Of a stretch of DNA of 64,000 bases, positions 8,464 through 17,982 are shown piece after piece. Position numbers and translations under genes: made by a program. The DNA comes from a virus (lineage: Duplodnaviria; Caudoviricetes). Positions within the stretch are counted from its first letter, which is position 1, and each line of letters begins with the position of its first letter. The stretch is taken from IMG/VR virus record IMGVR_UViG_3300037067_008087, positions 1-64,000 of that record; one strand, given 5' to 3'. The notes under the pieces are model-generated. The model was not told the DNA's origin. It did no database searches and saw nothing but the letters and a program-made list of their open reading frames with translations.

Positions 8464-8901
8464 AAAAAACAACTATTCCCATCCAAATATTTTCAGGATT
8501 ATTTTCAACAAATTTTTCAACAGATTGATTTTCAAATGATTGAAAAGGACGGTCGCCGAACCCAAATCAACCCGGCTGCACCTTTTATATATAGGTATCG
8601 AAAAACACAGGGAAAACACAACAAAATGAATTTTCTGTGGGCGGGGGTGTTTTTGGTTTTTCGGGTCTGGAGAAAATTAGGTGGTTTATTATAGGTAAGT
8701 CTGTGAGAATAACTGATGGCGGGTAGGTCTGCGGGGGTTAATTGGTTGACTGTGTGTAAGTCTACAGGGATGGTGGATATATATAAGAAGGGGGCGGCAT
8801 ACCTTTTATTAAATGAAAATTGCGAAACCCACTCCCCGTCAATCATTTTTGTCTATTTCGACTGTTTGTATTGTCCTGATAATCAGTAAATTGTAACAAT
8901 T

Positions 8902-8929
8902 GTGTCTTATAATTAGTATTATGTTAAGT
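8902..8929. other. dif-like XerC/XerD recombination site
   Basis: GTGTCTTATAA-TTAGTA-TTATGTTAAGT in an 11-6-11 layout; XerD arm matches E. coli TTATGTTAAAT at 10/11. Confidence 0.7.
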
Positions 8930-9164
8930 AGATTTTTGTATCCCTTGATAATAAAGCGATTCCGATTGTTTCCTATTATAATGTATTGAATATCAATAAG
9001 ATACGATTGTCAATGTTCTGTTTTCCTTTGTTGGTGCGGGATGCAGCGGGAATTGGCGTTTCAAAAGTAACTCATTTCATTATTTCACATCTTTATTCAC
9101 CTTATTATATAATGGTTATTTTTTTGTCAATTAATTCAATCCTATCAATTTAGTAGGATGTTGC

Positions 9165-9253
9165 CGTTCGTCAATGATTTTTGTACGTTCGTCACCAATT
9201 TTGATTCGTTCGTCAAATAAATTTGGTTTTGAAAAATTTCCGTTGTATGTTTG
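9165..9253 (+). promoter_or_regulatory. Early promoter: three CGTTCGTCA boxes at 21-bp spacing plus -33 TTTG and -7 TATGTTTG
   Basis: Boxes at 9165, 9186 and 9207; TTTG 9222-9225, 20-nt spacer, TATGTTTG 9246-9253. Confidence 0.75.
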
Positions 9254-9296
9254 TTTCGAAATTCAATTACAAAAATTCACTTAATACACACACACA

Positions 9297-9563
9297 ATGG
9301 CAAAGATCAATGATTTAGCACAGTTAGTTTCCGCAAAGGAAGCAGTTTCGACAAGTTCTAACGTGATAAGCGTTACGCAGAACGCGAATGACACGATCAC
9401 GATTGTTCTGAAACAGGATGTTCAGCAATGGACAAGCAAGAAAGGCGCAACAGGATACTCAGTAACGCAGGCAGGCAGTGCGTTTGGAGGCGAACAAGTC
9501 ACAATCAAAACTCCGAAAGGCTCTGTACCTGCAAGTCTGTCAGTTAAGCTCAACATCAGGTAG
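9297..9563 (+). CDS. First early gene, hypothetical
   Basis: 88 aa, directly behind the promoter and followed by a terminator. Confidence 0.7.
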   Translation: MAKINDLAQLVSAKEAVSTSSNVISVTQNANDTITIVLKQDVQQWTSKKGATGYSVTQAGSAFGGEQVTIKTPKGSVPASLSVKLNIR

Positions 9564-9582
9564 ATTACCTGTGTACGTATGC

Positions 9583-9611
9583 AGCCCGTTCCCTTAGGGG
9601 TTCGGGCTTTT
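9583..9611 (+). terminator. Intrinsic terminator
   Basis: AGCCCG...CGGGCT followed by a T run. Confidence 0.7.
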
Positions 9612-9638
9612 GTCGTTAGTAACCAATACATTTAACCC

Positions 9639-9848
9639 ATGAAATTTTCTATATTTTACTTGTTGCTTGTTATAGCGTGCTGTAACAGGCATTATCACAA
9701 CCCTCAAATGAAAGTGGAGGGTTTTAACCGTAGACAAAACATACAGTTCTCTAATTGTAGCGATGGTAGTGACTGGCAGTGCGATTCATGCTATATCGCA
9801 ATATGTTTAAGGCATGGTATTGAAATAGACTCAACTAAATTATACTAA
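9639..9848 (+). CDS. Putative small lipoprotein
   Basis: MKFSIFYLLLVIA-C lipobox-like start; Cys-rich. Confidence 0.5.
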   Translation: MKFSIFYLLLVIACCNRHYHNPQMKVEGFNRRQNIQFSNCSDGSDWQCDSCYIAICLRHGIEIDSTKLY

Positions 9849-10479
9849 CATGAAGCGGATTGAAGAGATCGTGGATATTATTACCTGCGTGGCTATGTAT
9901 GATGACGAAGCCACAGACGAGGAAAAGGCAAGGTATTTTGACATAATTCAAAGAGATATTAGGAAACTTTTAAACATGACAGACAATGAATAAGATTATA
10001 CAAGTATTGCAGTCAACTCTTGTAGTTGATGAAGTGAACGTAACAAATGATGAAGCTCTTGAGGACTTATACAGAGAGCTTTATGAAGAGTTCGCAGAAT
10101 ATTCTAATATTCGCCTACAAACCATATTACGATGAGAGAGTGGTGGATTAATTACAATGGCTTTGTCCATTTAAGCAAAGAGAGGCTGTCCGATAAGGAC
10201 ATCCTCTTTAAAGGCACTTACTACGGTTTAAGACAGTTTATAATGTCTTTAACTGGTTATAACGAACAGGACTTTTGTGAAACAGTTTGTACTAAACATC
10301 AATTCTATGGAAACTATATTTAGCCCACCCAGAGAGGTGTGGGGCGACCTTATGAGCGAAGAGAAAGCGGTCTTAGCCTCTTATAGAACAGTCCTGAGGA
10401 TTAAAGAATATGCTGAAAAGCATTTTCCTAATAATAGCGAATTGCATTTTTATTTAATGTGTAATATGTACTTAAAAAT

Positions 10480-10914
10480 GTGGAACATATGCAAACAATA
10501 GCGGACTTTAAGCGAAGATTAGCTCCCGGAGTTAAGATTCACACTATTTACCACCAGAAAATACTTGGCAGAGACGCTAAGGGACTTGTTTTTGGGGATG
10601 AGGATAAAGGGATACGGACTGTAAACAGGGTTTTAAGCACACAATTTACCCTAAATACTATGCGCAATGGCAACATGATTGAAAGTTGGATGCAATTCCC
10701 TAAGGCTAAAGAGGTTAAATTTTTGGATGAAGATACAATCCAAATCTATACAGAACATGAAGGCAGTTTAATACCATGCTTAACTTATAAATTCGTAAAT
10801 GAATATGGTCATTGTAGAAACTGTGGATGTTATTGCAATCTAGAGGAACTTACCGATGAAGGGTTTTGTGGTAGTGAATGTTATGATGATTTCTTTTATC
10901 CTGATGAAGATTAA
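10480..10914 (+). CDS. Hypothetical protein with C-terminal Cys cluster
   Basis: 144 aa; CRNCGC...CGSEC. Confidence 0.6.
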   Translation: MEHMQTIADFKRRLAPGVKIHTIYHQKILGRDAKGLVFGDEDKGIRTVNRVLSTQFTLNTMRNGNMIESWMQFPKAKEVKFLDEDTIQIYTEHEGSLIPCLTYKFVNEYGHCRNCGCYCNLEELTDEGFCGSECYDDFFYPDED

Positions 10915-10925
10915 AACTTAATATT

Positions 10926-11255
10926 ATGAAAATAAATGCAAAACAAGAGCTTTTAGATAGTGTCAAAGGACTTGACATTAAATGTGCCTATGTTTACAGG
11001 ATTGCTGGCGCAAGTTATTTTGATAGTGATCTTAAGACTAAATATCATTATTTATTAAAACTCAATTACTCCACAGAGGATTTTAGGGTATTTATAGAAT
11101 CCCTTGATTTTGATTATGATAACGGTTATGGCGGTCAAGAATTATTTGGACTGGTTTGGCTTATTGATAATACATGGCTTGAACGTGGAGAATATGATGG
11201 TTCTGAATGGTGGGATTATAAAACAACTCCACGTATCCCTGATTGTTTACTGTGA
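10926..11255 (+). CDS. Hypothetical phage protein
   Basis: DYDNGYGGQELFG...ERGEYDGSEWW. Confidence 0.7.
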   Translation: MKINAKQELLDSVKGLDIKCAYVYRIAGASYFDSDLKTKYHYLLKLNYSTEDFRVFIESLDFDYDNGYGGQELFGLVWLIDNTWLERGEYDGSEWWDYKTTPRIPDCLL

Positions 11256-11321
11256 TTCGTCAACGAATTTCCGTTGTTCGTCAAAATTATTTCATTTTCT
11301 GAAAAACTTGTTTTAATTTCG
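11256..11321 (+). promoter_or_regulatory. Second early promoter: two TTCGTCA boxes (21 bp apart) plus -7-like TAATTTCG
   Basis: Boxes at 11256 and 11277; the -7 element starts 31 nt after the last box, the same offset as at 9215/9246. Confidence 0.65.
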
Positions 11322-11361
11322 GCCTGTATGGTATCGGTCAGGGTTCGATTCCCTGACAGGC
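11322..11361 (+). ncRNA. tRNA-like acceptor plus T-arm mini-structure
   Basis: GCCTGT/ACAGGC stem and CAGGG-TTCGATT-CCCTG T-arm; no anticodon arm. Confidence 0.4.
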
Positions 11362-11389
11362 ACAGTTTTCTTAACTTAAACTTTGGATT

Positions 11390-11743
11390 ATGAGAAAAGA
11401 TGCGATTGAAAGAAGGCTTAAAGCCTTAGAATGTCTCAGGACAAACAACTATGGTCAACTGGATGATTTTACCAGAGTGGCTGGCGTAAGTAGGAACTTT
11501 GCTACTGTTGTATCAGGTATGGGTATTGTTAAAAAAGAGGATAAAGTTTATAAGTGGAACACTGATGAACAGCCCTCTCTTAGCATGGCCCGGCGTGTCC
11601 TTAGCAGGGAGCAGGAGTATGTTAAAAAATACAAAGCTCCTCAGGCTTTCACTCCTATCGACAACATTATTAAATGGGTCGAAATAGGGATTAGATATGG
11701 GGTTTCTGATATCAAATCATTTGTAAAAGAGGTGATAAAATGA
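11390..11743 (+). CDS. Hypothetical protein (possible winged HTH)
   Basis: 117-aa ORF. Confidence 0.6.
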   Translation: MRKDAIERRLKALECLRTNNYGQLDDFTRVAGVSRNFATVVSGMGIVKKEDKVYKWNTDEQPSLSMARRVLSREQEYVKKYKAPQAFTPIDNIIKWVEIGIRYGVSDIKSFVKEVIK

Positions 11744-13326
11744 AATACGCATTAATTGAGCTTTATAAAGGGAGGAGCATGGTAGGTGTCCTCCCTTGTG
11801 GAATTATATCTGATGAAGGTAAATTCTGGGTTTGCACTAATTTCCTTTCAGGATCGTATAATGAAAGAAAGTATGAGCTAGGTTATAAATTTAGCTGGGT
11901 TATACAAAGAGAACTGGTCTTTAATGAAAAGATTATTATTGGTGAATTGGTTTGTGGCGAAATACCCGTTCATAATTCTATATTGATAAAGGAAATAAAA
12001 TTCAATAGTGAGTTAATTGTTTCAGATAAGCTATTTAACCAGCTGTATGAAATGGAACTATTCTGTAAGAAAGGAGATTTGAAGGGAAGTGTTAAGATAA
12101 ACATACCCAATTTTGAATTTAAAGCTGATGGGGTTATTTATTATCGTATCCCCTATATGCAGAATCCTTTTAATTCCTTTGATGTGAGGGGTGGTGAAAT
12201 ATCCTATTTCATGGGCGTCCAAGAGTATAAGGATAACGGGAAGTGGCTTAGAGAAGGCCGTCAGGTAATGAAAGCCAGTAAATTCGCTTCCATGCTTGAG
12301 TGTTTTTATGTTGGCGATCCGAAGCTGTTTAAGAGAATGAATGAGTTACTGGCTGAAAAACTTAAGTCATGTGGTAAGATAGATATTCTCATAAGCGACG
12401 ATCCTGCCTCTATTTACGCCATTCAAGAGGACAAGAGATCGGGAACACTTGCTTCATCATGTATGCGACCTAATTCCAGTCATGGTTGTAAAAATTATGT
12501 TGATTTTTATAATACAGTAGGAGCTAAAATAGCATATTCTCTTGATAAAGAGGGATTGTTAATAGGAAGAGCTTTGCTTTGGGAGAATGTAAAAAGTCCT
12601 GATGGTGATTTTACTTTTCTGGATCGCATATACGGATCAGAGTCAACTATTCTTTCCTTTAAGGATTGGGCTGAGGATAATGGATTTTTCTCAAAAGTGG
12701 AACAATCATTTAACAATCTGAATTTGGAGCTGGGTGGTAAGATTATATGTGATTATCACTATGAAACCGATAATTATTATGAAGATTTTGATGGTTTTCC
12801 TTTTGTGGATACTTTGTGTTATTATGACGGTATGTTTTTAAACCCAAACAGAGGGCCTGATCAAATGCAATCCACAGAAGGTGCGGTTAATCGTTATACG
12901 TGTTACGACTGTGGTTGTGATTTAGATGAAGATGATATCCGTTGGGTAGATGATAACTCTTATTGCTCTGATTGTGTTGTATATTGTGAGGATATAGGTG
13001 GTTATGCCTTAAATGATGATGCCGTTGAAGTTCGTGATTATTATTATCTGAAGGAAAACTGTTTCATATGTGCTTGTTGTGGTGAGTGGGAGATAAATGA
13101 TAACTCCATAGATTCTGAGGATGGTGATATTTGCCGGAGTTGCTTTGAAGATAAATATTCCACTTGCGAAAACTGTGGTGATGTTGTCAGGCACGTACTA
13201 GAAACCCCAGATAACCAATATGTCTGCGAATATTGCTATTCTGATATGGTGGTAGAATGTCCCGACTGTGGTGTTAAAATGATGAAAGATGAAGTCTGTG
13301 AATGTAAAATTAAAGAAAATGTATAA
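11740..13326 (+). CDS. Uncharacterised protein with SCM...GRALLW...DRIYG core and C-terminal multi-CxxC Zn fingers
   Basis: 528 aa; many CxxC pairs in the last ~140 aa. Confidence 0.7.
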   Translation: MKYALIELYKGRSMVGVLPCGIISDEGKFWVCTNFLSGSYNERKYELGYKFSWVIQRELVFNEKIIIGELVCGEIPVHNSILIKEIKFNSELIVSDKLFNQLYEMELFCKKGDLKGSVKINIPNFEFKADGVIYYRIPYMQNPFNSFDVRGGEISYFMGVQEYKDNGKWLREGRQVMKASKFASMLECFYVGDPKLFKRMNELLAEKLKSCGKIDILISDDPASIYAIQEDKRSGTLASSCMRPNSSHGCKNYVDFYNTVGAKIAYSLDKEGLLIGRALLWENVKSPDGDFTFLDRIYGSESTILSFKDWAEDNGFFSKVEQSFNNLNLELGGKIICDYHYETDNYYEDFDGFPFVDTLCYYDGMFLNPNRGPDQMQSTEGAVNRYTCYDCGCDLDEDDIRWVDDNSYCSDCVVYCEDIGGYALNDDAVEVRDYYYLKENCFICACCGEWEINDNSIDSEDGDICRSCFEDKYSTCENCGDVVRHVLETPDNQYVCEYCYSDMVVECPDCGVKMMKDEVCECKIKENV

Positions 13327-14392
13327 TAACCAACAAAAAGACATAGAGGAAAATCTTCCTCATATGCCTGATCTATCTCAGTTAAATGAGATATTAAATA
13401 TTCAATCTTCCTCTAAGAACGAAAGCAGGATGGTTGTTCATTTGTGGGACAAACTAAAAAAATATAACCCGGTTATTGATAACGTGGGTAATATGATTAT
13501 CACTAAGGGAGAATCAGATGCTTTTCCCTGTGTGGTTGCTCATTTAGATACTGTTCATAATTTTTATAATGATTTTAAAGTATCATATACAAATAAACTA
13601 AACAGAGTTCATGCTTTTGCCACCTCTCAAAGCCAGAGGGTTGGTGTTGGTGGTGATGATAAATGTGGTATCTTTGCCTGTTTATATATGCTTGAGAAAT
13701 TTGATAATATCAAAATAGTATTTTTTACACAAGAGGAATCCGGTCTTATAGGATCAAGCGATATAGAAGAATCTGTTTTCGATGATGTTGGGTATATTAT
13801 ACAGCTTGATAGGTGGGGGCGGAGTGATTTTATATCTTCCGTTTATAAATCTGATACTGTTTCGGATAGTTTTAAGCTAAAAATTAAAGATTCTATGTTT
13901 AAATATGGTTTTTACCATGCTGAGGGATTAATAACCGATAGCATAAACCTGTTTGAACGTAATGTCGGGGTAAGCTGTGTTAATATCTCATGTGGTTATT
14001 ATCAGCATCATTCAAACATGGAGTATATTGACGTTAATGAGTTATGGAACAGTGTTTTGTTTACAGAGCAGATAATTCGTGATCTCGGTGAGGAAATTTA
14101 TGCCAAGTATGGTTTTAATAGTTATAATGAGTTAGGGTATTATGATAAAACGGGTAATTATTATGACGAAATTGAAAATTATTATGACTGTGGCAATAAA
14201 TGGAACGACAATAATGCTATTGAAGATATCATATTTGATTTTCTTATTAAATATGATATAGATATTAATAATATTACTAAGGATGATAGGGAATTATTGT
14301 CTGAAATTTTAAAAGATAGGGGCATCCACCTTAGCGATAATATGTTGTATAATTATACAGTTAATGTAGTGTGGGATATGAGAAATATTTAG
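13289..14392 (+). CDS. M20/M28-family zinc peptidase
   Basis: AHLDTVH, GGDDKCG, QEESG, QLDR, YQHH ligand motifs; true start may be a few codons downstream. Confidence 0.8.
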   Translation: MKSVNVKLKKMYNNQQKDIEENLPHMPDLSQLNEILNIQSSSKNESRMVVHLWDKLKKYNPVIDNVGNMIITKGESDAFPCVVAHLDTVHNFYNDFKVSYTNKLNRVHAFATSQSQRVGVGGDDKCGIFACLYMLEKFDNIKIVFFTQEESGLIGSSDIEESVFDDVGYIIQLDRWGRSDFISSVYKSDTVSDSFKLKIKDSMFKYGFYHAEGLITDSINLFERNVGVSCVNISCGYYQHHSNMEYIDVNELWNSVLFTEQIIRDLGEEIYAKYGFNSYNELGYYDKTGNYYDEIENYYDCGNKWNDNNAIEDIIFDFLIKYDIDINNITKDDRELLSEILKDRGIHLSDNMLYNYTVNVVWDMRNI

Positions 14393-14542
14393 TACGCTAA
14401 ACAGCGTAATGCTATTTTGGGTAAAATAAATTAACAGAATTAAAACTATGGCAACAACATTTGAATTTTTTATTGCACTATTTATAGTGTGTGCTATTGT
14501 ATTGATGGCAATATTAACGAGTATTAATAATAAATTAAAACT

Positions 14543-14731
14543 ATGAAAAAAGCATTTATTTATGTAGATAAATCTAACAAAGTGGTATATGCTGATTTTA
14601 CTGACAGTGTAATAAACTACTGGAACGGTAGCCTAAGGTGGTATCAAATGAAAGCCGAATATATAAAGGCTTTTATTAAATATTTTGAATTGAAAATACA
14701 TCATAAAGCACTTAAAAACATAATAATATGA
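14543..14731 (+). CDS. Hypothetical protein
   Basis: 62-aa ORF with an A-rich leader. Confidence 0.5.
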   Translation: MKKAFIYVDKSNKVVYADFTDSVINYWNGSLRWYQMKAEYIKAFIKYFELKIHHKALKNIII

Positions 14732-15102
14732 AAGAAATTGAAGAAGGCAATAAATTAATTGCTGAATTTATGGGATGGGATGGAATACGCTTTCTTATTC
14801 CACCTGATTACACACTACAGGACATAGAAGGAGTAGAATCTATGTTTTATGATTTTTCTGAAAATGAAATGGAATACCATTCCTCTTGGGATTGGCTTAT
14901 GCCGGTAGTAGAGAAGATTGAATCTAAAATTTTCGACAATGATGAGTTTTATAATTTTAACATTTTGGGTGGATGTTGTGTTATTGTAATTTCGTCACAT
15001 GGAAACGAATTAATCACATCAGAAGATGGCCAATCTAAAATTGAATGCACATACCTTGCGGTTGTTGAATTTATTAAATGGTATAATAAACAAAATGTAT
15101 AA
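14728..15102 (+). CDS. Phage ABA-sandwich-like protein
   Basis: NKLIAEFMGW...YHSSWDWLMPVVEKIE. Confidence 0.55.
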   Translation: MKEIEEGNKLIAEFMGWDGIRFLIPPDYTLQDIEGVESMFYDFSENEMEYHSSWDWLMPVVEKIESKIFDNDEFYNFNILGGCCVIVISSHGNELITSEDGQSKIECTYLAVVEFIKWYNKQNV

Positions 15103-15118
15103 TGCAAAATGTAAAACT

Positions 15119-15301
15119 ATGAAAACAATCTATATTAATAGAAAAGGACAGGGATACCTTGAAACGGTTGACGAGTTTCCTTACAACAACAAGGATGAAA
15201 GAAAGGAGGCTGCAAGATGCTTGAGGGAATATAGATTCGGTGATCCGTCAGCTTATTTTTATTTTTCAAAAAGATGTACTAAAGAATGGAGGGATAAATA
15301 A
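15119..15301 (+). CDS. Hypothetical protein
   Basis: MKTIYINRKG start after AAAACT; 60 aa. Confidence 0.55.
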   Translation: MKTIYINRKGQGYLETVDEFPYNNKDERKEAARCLREYRFGDPSAYFYFSKRCTKEWRDK

Positions 15302-15305
15302 AATT

Positions 15306-15929
15306 ATGATTAAATCTATAAGTTACAGTGATCAGGATATTATAAAAAATATTTTATTATTACATGGGAATGGGGGTAATATAGACCTTGATCCCACATA
15401 TTCTACTGGTGTTTTTTATAAAGGTGAAATCTCACGACCCAAATACATATATGACATTAAACCACAGGTTGATGGTTGTGAGAAGGCATCTGCCGATAAT
15501 ATACCATTACCGGATGAGTCTGTTAATATTATTATGTTTGATCCTCCATTTGTACTTGGAGGGGTTGTATGGGATAGAATAAAAGAGAATAGTTGTTTAA
15601 CGGCAAGGAGATTTTCCCACTTCCATACATTTAATGACCTAAAGGTAATGTATAAATCTTCGCTTAGTGAATTTTATAGGCTTTTACGCCCAAAGGGAAT
15701 TGTTATTTTTAAATGTCAGGATACAGTAAGTAGTGCCAAACAGCACTTTACTCACGTTTGGGTAATGAATGAAGCATTAAAGGCGGGTTTTTATCCATTA
15801 GATTTATTTATAAAAGCATCGAAAAGCCGCCTTTTAAGTGGCAAGGTAAAACAACAACAACACGCACGTAAATATCATTCGTATTTTTGGGTTTTCAAAA
15901 AAACAAATAATAAAGTAAATTATGATTAG
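15306..15929 (+). CDS. Amino (N6-A/N4-C) DNA methyltransferase
   Basis: DPTYSTG SAM-binding motif and catalytic FDPPF; start set at MIKS. Confidence 0.8.
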   Translation: MIKSISYSDQDIIKNILLLHGNGGNIDLDPTYSTGVFYKGEISRPKYIYDIKPQVDGCEKASADNIPLPDESVNIIMFDPPFVLGGVVWDRIKENSCLTARRFSHFHTFNDLKVMYKSSLSEFYRLLRPKGIVIFKCQDTVSSAKQHFTHVWVMNEALKAGFYPLDLFIKASKSRLLSGKVKQQQHARKYHSYFWVFKKTNNKVNYD

Positions 15930-16128
15930 TAAAAAAACGTTAAACCAAATGGGATTAGACTCTATTAATGGCTATTATGAGAAAATATTACAAGATGATG
16001 ATGTGTCTCTAATAGCCAATTTGAGTATTCCACAGAAAGTTGATTTTATAAACTGGCTTTCTGACAGGAAGAGGAAGATTAAAACTACTGAAGACGGGGT
16101 TTATAACACTCTTCGTGCCAATGGATGA
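15922..16128 (+). CDS. Hypothetical protein
   Basis: 68-aa ORF. Confidence 0.45.
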   Translation: MISKKTLNQMGLDSINGYYEKILQDDDVSLIANLSIPQKVDFINWLSDRKRKIKTTEDGVYNTLRANG

Positions 16129-16244
16129 ATTTTATAAATCCATCATGGCTTGGGTTGTTTGTACCCTGTTTTTGATATTTAACCTGCATTGGATTGTCCA
16201 TTTGGCAAGCCATGTACGGCAATTATTAACGAAAATTTTAAAAA

Positions 16245-16724
16245 ATGTTAAAAAAAGGATACTTTCTTAAAGTTATTTTTATAATTTTACTCACTGAAAC
16301 AACCGCAGAAAATACCATGACTCCATTCCTTAACCTTGAAAAACAGGAGCTTATCGCTGAAGAGATGCGAATTAATAATGAGGTTGCAAAAATAGCCGGG
16401 ATTATTAAACACAAAGAAAGCAGGGGAAATTATCATCTAAGCGGTGGATCGGGTGAATATGGGGCTTATCAGTTTATGCCATCTACTTGGTATGTTTATT
16501 CTATGGAGGTTTATGGTAAAATAACACCAATGACAGAGGCTAATCAGGATGAGGTTGCTGTTTATGCTATTAAAAAGCTACTTGAAAAACACAATCCTGC
16601 TGAAATTGCCGCCATATGGAACTCCGGTAAGCCCACTTGGGAAGGGAGGAAAGGTGTTAATAAGTATGGGATAAAATATGATGTAGAGGCTTATGTATTG
16701 GATTTCTTAACTTTATATAATTAA
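16245..16724 (+). CDS. Lysozyme-fold/lytic transglycosylase protein with N-terminal hydrophobic segment
   Basis: KESRGNY...GAYQF...WNSG. Confidence 0.75.
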   Translation: MLKKGYFLKVIFIILLTETTAENTMTPFLNLEKQELIAEEMRINNEVAKIAGIIKHKESRGNYHLSGGSGEYGAYQFMPSTWYVYSMEVYGKITPMTEANQDEVAVYAIKKLLEKHNPAEIAAIWNSGKPTWEGRKGVNKYGIKYDVEAYVLDFLTLYN

Positions 16725-16728
16725 TACT

Positions 16729-17856
16729 ATGGAAACATTAGAAAAACAAACAAAGTTGAATGAGTTGGTTGCTGAAAAGATTCAGCGGAAAATTAATTCC
16801 GGGTTGAGTAATATTGAGGTTGCCCTTGATAAACTAACCAGAGAAGGAAAGATAATGCAGGATTTTATAGCTCCTGTGGGTAGTAGGGTTCGGGGAGAAA
16901 ACCAGTCCCCTGTTATGACCTTTGCTGGTAATGGGAAAGTTATAATGAATGTGAAATCTAAGGGTGATTTTGCTATTCATGATAACGCCTTATCCCAGTT
17001 GTCGGCTAAACTTGGAGTGCCTCTTGGTTATGTAAAGGGGCTTAACACAAGCGACTGGGGCAGACACCTGCTAAGTGATATTTTTAATACTCACTCTTAT
17101 CATACCGAAAGAGAACGTGTTCTCATACGTGCCGTTGGATATGAGGCAAGGGCTGTTTTATCCGACCATTATCGTAGGATTGATTCGGGTGATATTATAA
17201 GAACTTTCCTTGAAAGTGTTCAGGTAGAGGGTGGTGTTGTTGCTGATGCTTTCATGTCAGACACAAGATTATGGGTTGAAACTATTATGCCTGAACCTAT
17301 TGTTATCCCAACAGAACGCAATGGTGATGTTTATATCGCTTTTGGGGCTAGGCTTTCGACAAGTGACTATGGTGATGGCGCTTTAGATATGCGCTCTTTT
17401 ATGATGCAGGGGGTGTGTTTAAATGGGGCTGTGAGCAATAGTGTGTTAAGGGCTGTTCATTTAGGGCAACGCCTTGATGAAAATATTCTTTATTCTGAAA
17501 GCACCTATCGTAAAGACACAGACCTCCAGTGTTCTAAAGTAAAAGACATCACTAATCATTTGTTTAATCCCAGATTTATAAGGGATAAAGCCATGAAGAT
17601 ACAGGAGGCTGCCTCAATAGAGGTGGATATACGTAAGTCGCTTTCTGATTTGAATAAGTCTTTGGCAATAACAAAAGGCGAAGCTGATGAAGTTCTTACT
17701 ATCATATCTAATAATAAACTGGAAGATGGAGTACAGGGTGAAAATACTTTACTAAAACTTGCTCAGGGCTTGGCTGCTATGGCAAGGGATAAAGACCAAA
17801 CCCGCAAGAGAGAGATAGAAGAGTTATCTGGTAAAATAATGCTTTTGGAAAAATGA
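16729..17856 (+). CDS. DUF932-like phage protein
   Basis: RAVLSDHY, STSDYGDG, CLNG, HLG motifs. Confidence 0.65.
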   Translation: METLEKQTKLNELVAEKIQRKINSGLSNIEVALDKLTREGKIMQDFIAPVGSRVRGENQSPVMTFAGNGKVIMNVKSKGDFAIHDNALSQLSAKLGVPLGYVKGLNTSDWGRHLLSDIFNTHSYHTERERVLIRAVGYEARAVLSDHYRRIDSGDIIRTFLESVQVEGGVVADAFMSDTRLWVETIMPEPIVIPTERNGDVYIAFGARLSTSDYGDGALDMRSFMMQGVCLNGAVSNSVLRAVHLGQRLDENILYSESTYRKDTDLQCSKVKDITNHLFNPRFIRDKAMKIQEAASIEVDIRKSLSDLNKSLAITKGEADEVLTIISNNKLEDGVQGENTLLKLAQGLAAMARDKDQTRKREIEELSGKIMLLEK

Positions 17857-17982
17857 TATATGATATAAAAGAATTAAAAGACGGCAAATGGGTTACTGTA
17901 GCGACTGGGCGTAATTTTAAAAGCGCCCAAGCGCTACTCCTCCAATTCACCATGAGATATCCATCATCAAACCATATTATAA

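Noticed and set aside
8416-8846. ORFs of 92 and 104 aa in the divergence region
   Set aside because: Overlap each other on opposite strands, lack typical leaders, and have atypical composition
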